From Candidatus Poribacteria bacterium (GTDB taxonomy: Bacteria; Poribacteria; WGA-4E; PCPOR2b), in the NCBI GenBank assembly GCA_965116925.1, contig OZ220744.1:4960001-5024000 (forward strand): a stretch of DNA of 64,000 nucleotides. Reading direction: 5' to 3'. The translations under genes were made by a program, and so were the position numbers. The notes under the pieces were generated by a model. That model was not told the origin of the DNA and made no database searches. It saw nothing but the letters and a program-made list of their open reading frames with translations. Position 1 is the first letter of the stretch, and the number at the start of each line of letters is the position of its first letter. Shown piece by piece: positions 62,164 to 64,000 of this stretch.

Positions 62164-63315
62164 CTACCAGTTGGTATAGGATCCATCGCGGCGCCGCCAG
62201 TGCGGAGCCTCCCAGAATGTAAAGGTCTGATTCGCTACCATCTCTTCGTTGAACTCAACACCAAGCCCCGGCGTATCGGGCACCACGAAGCGGTCCCCCT
62301 CAAGTTTTGGTTGGATCGGGAAAAACTCTTCATCGTAAAATCCGCTCTGTTCTGTTGGTGAGACGCGCACCTCCAACCAAGCAAAGTTGGGAACTGCTGC
62401 GGCTAGGTGTACTGTTGCCGCTGTGCAGATTGATCCCAACGGATTATGCGGCATCAGGTCGATATAGTGCGTTTCCGCCAAACTTGCCACTTTCATCGCT
62501 TCTGTTAATCCCCCAACATTACAGACATCAATGCGGGCAAAATTGGTAATCCCCCGTTCTAGATAAGGCAAAAAATCCCATTTGCTGGAAATTTCTTCTC
62601 CGATTGCAAATGGAACATCAACCATCTGGCGCAAAGATTCATACGCCGCCGGCGTCTGGTCGCGAATCGGTTCTTCGAGAAAGTCGAGGGTGCCGCTGGG
62701 CATACGCTGGCAAAAAGATGCCGCTTCTGCGACACTCAAACGGTGGTGGTAATCGATACCTAGGACGGGCGCGGGACCGACCGCTTCCCGAAGCTGCGTC
62801 AACTGGCTAGCGGTTATGGCAATCGACTCCCGCGGCTCAAAAATTGTTGGATCGTCGTCTTGAACTGGTGCTGTGCGGATAACATTCCAGCCGCTTTCGA
62901 TTAGCAAATTGGTATCCTCAATCAACTGTTCAAGCGATTCGGCAAAGGTGGTGGCAAAACAAGGGACAAAATCCCGCTGTTTCCCGCCGAGCAATTGATA
63001 GACCGGCACACCGAGCGCCTTGCCCGCGATATCGTAAAGTGCGATGTCAATGGCGGCGATAGCGGCGGTCAAGATACGCCCGCCCTCAAAATATTGGCTT
63101 CGATACATCTCCTGCCAGAGTCCGCCAATGTGCATGGGGTCGCGACCAATGAGGAATTCGCGATAATGCTGAATCGCGCCAACGACAGCCAGTTCACGAC
63201 CCGATACCCCGGATTCTCCCCAACCGTAGATCTCTTGGTCTGTTTCGACTTTAACTATCAGTTGGTTTCTGTGTCCGATCTGTACTGGGATCGGTTTAAT
63301 GTCGGTAATTTTCAT
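62164..63315 (-). CDS. mandelate racemase/enolase-superfamily sugar-acid dehydratase (DgoD/RspA-like)
   Basis: KVETD..YGWGE, DIALYDI.GK, DYHH, EEP, GEE and PHNP motifs. Confidence 0.9.
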   Translation of the reverse strand: MKITDIKPIPVQIGHRNQLIVKVETDQEIYGWGESGVSGRELAVVGAIQHYREFLIGRDPMHIGGLWQEMYRSQYFEGGRILTAAIAAIDIALYDIAGKALGVPVYQLLGGKQRDFVPCFATTFAESLEQLIEDTNLLIESGWNVIRTAPVQDDDPTIFEPRESIAITASQLTQLREAVGPAPVLGIDYHHRLSVAEAASFCQRMPSGTLDFLEEPIRDQTPAAYESLRQMVDVPFAIGEEISSKWDFLPYLERGITNFARIDVCNVGGLTEAMKVASLAETHYIDLMPHNPLGSICTAATVHLAAAVPNFAWLEVRVSPTEQSGFYDEEFFPIQPKLEGDRFVVPDTPGLGVEFNEEMVANQTFTFWEAPHWRRRDGSYTNW

Positions 63316-63370
63316 TGAAATTCTACTCCTTGTCATGAGATGCGAGAAAACGAAAGATTGTCTGACAAAC

Positions 63371-64000
63371 TCATTCCTTTAGCTCATTCGCTTTAAGCGC
63401 GGCAAATTCGCTCTCGGCATCCTCGACGAAAACTCCGAAACGTCCTTCCTTATAGTCGTGAACAGCACGCGAGATGACGAGCCTGTCGTTCAGGTAAACG
63501 TCTAAGATATGTCTATGGAGCAAAACTTTTAACGCCATGGGTTGATTATAATCAACATCGGGCGTAATCTTCATCGCCATCGGGCGGGAGATCACCCATG
63601 GTCTGGGATATCGCCATAGCGAAATGACGCTTGTTCTAGGCTCTAAACGCAGGAAGTAACCCGCTTCGCCGGTTTCGCTCCCGCGGAGAATCAAACCTGC
63701 TGCGGCACCTCGCTTCATCGTTATTTCGCAAGAGAGAATAAAATCCGTTCCGCCGGCGGAAAGCATCCCTCGCACCAGCCCTTGAGAAGAAGCAGCGGAG
63801 AGGCTCCCTGATGCCCCTTTCCACTCTCCCCGTTCCGAGCGTACCTGCCTCAATAAACTCGGATCTAGCAACGCCTCGCCTGCCAAGCAATCGACGATGT
63901 TTGGATAAAACAGACCGATTCCTCCATCCGGTAGGGGCCGAATATGTTGGGGAGTTCCCAGCACTCCGCCCCAAGCGTATCCCTCTTCACCCCATTCGGG
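63371..64000 (-). CDS. GH32-like glycosidase, C-terminal part (5' end beyond the window)
   Basis: Frame open to the window end (..YAWGGVLGTPQ..); beta-sandwich with AAGL.LR and ILDVYLND. Confidence 0.65.
   Translation of the reverse strand, partial: PEWGEEGYAWGGVLGTPQHIRPLPDGGIGLFYPNIVDCLAGEALLDPSLLRQVRSERGEWKGASGSLSAASSQGLVRGMLSAGGTDFILSCEITMKRGAAAGLILRGSETGEAGYFLRLEPRTSVISLWRYPRPWVISRPMAMKITPDVDYNQPMALKVLLHRHILDVYLNDRLVISRAVHDYKEGRFGVFVEDAESEFAALKANELKE

Overview
This is a 64-kb bacterial chromosomal segment spanning the replication origin. The organism is most likely Candidatus Poribacteria; this is an inference from the C-terminal 'V.P..K...WG.IK' motif, the PhyH/TPR/TolB-like gene content and the diderm envelope genes. 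Left arm (minus strand): partial PorV/FadL-like barrel, folP, ftsH, a BNR-repeat protein, an HEXXH metallopeptidase, a TPR protein, and gyrA-[PIN, HAD, cupin]-gyrB-dciA-recF-dnaN-oriC-dnaA. Right arm (mostly plus strand to about 46 kb): rpmH, an AIR-synthase-like gene, ispH, rpsF-ssb-rpsR-rplI-dnaB, mlaEFD, radA-yacL-ispD-[IS]-ispF-cysS, and dprA. These are followed by accessory genes: a transglutaminase-like lipoprotein, mqnC, a flavin disulfide reductase, an exosortase with a VIT/PEP-CTERM partner, a GH88/105-like gene, PhyH, an enolase-superfamily gene and a partial GH32. Main discoveries: (1) an exported rhodanese whose catalytic loop carries two in-frame UGA codons (Y-U-S-U-P, a probable double selenoprotein), located next to a flavin disulfide reductase; (2) two divergent tnpA-less TnpB elements that share a covarying, pseudoknotted ~75-nt RNA leader between the promoter and the tnpB start; (3) one TnpB element inserted silently at the ispD stop codon and the other into a REP cluster; (4) a HAD hydrolase with an antitoxin-like tail coupled to a PIN toxin between gyrB and gyrA; (5) a trans-envelope-type MlaD. 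All annotations come from reading the sequence; no database searches were run.
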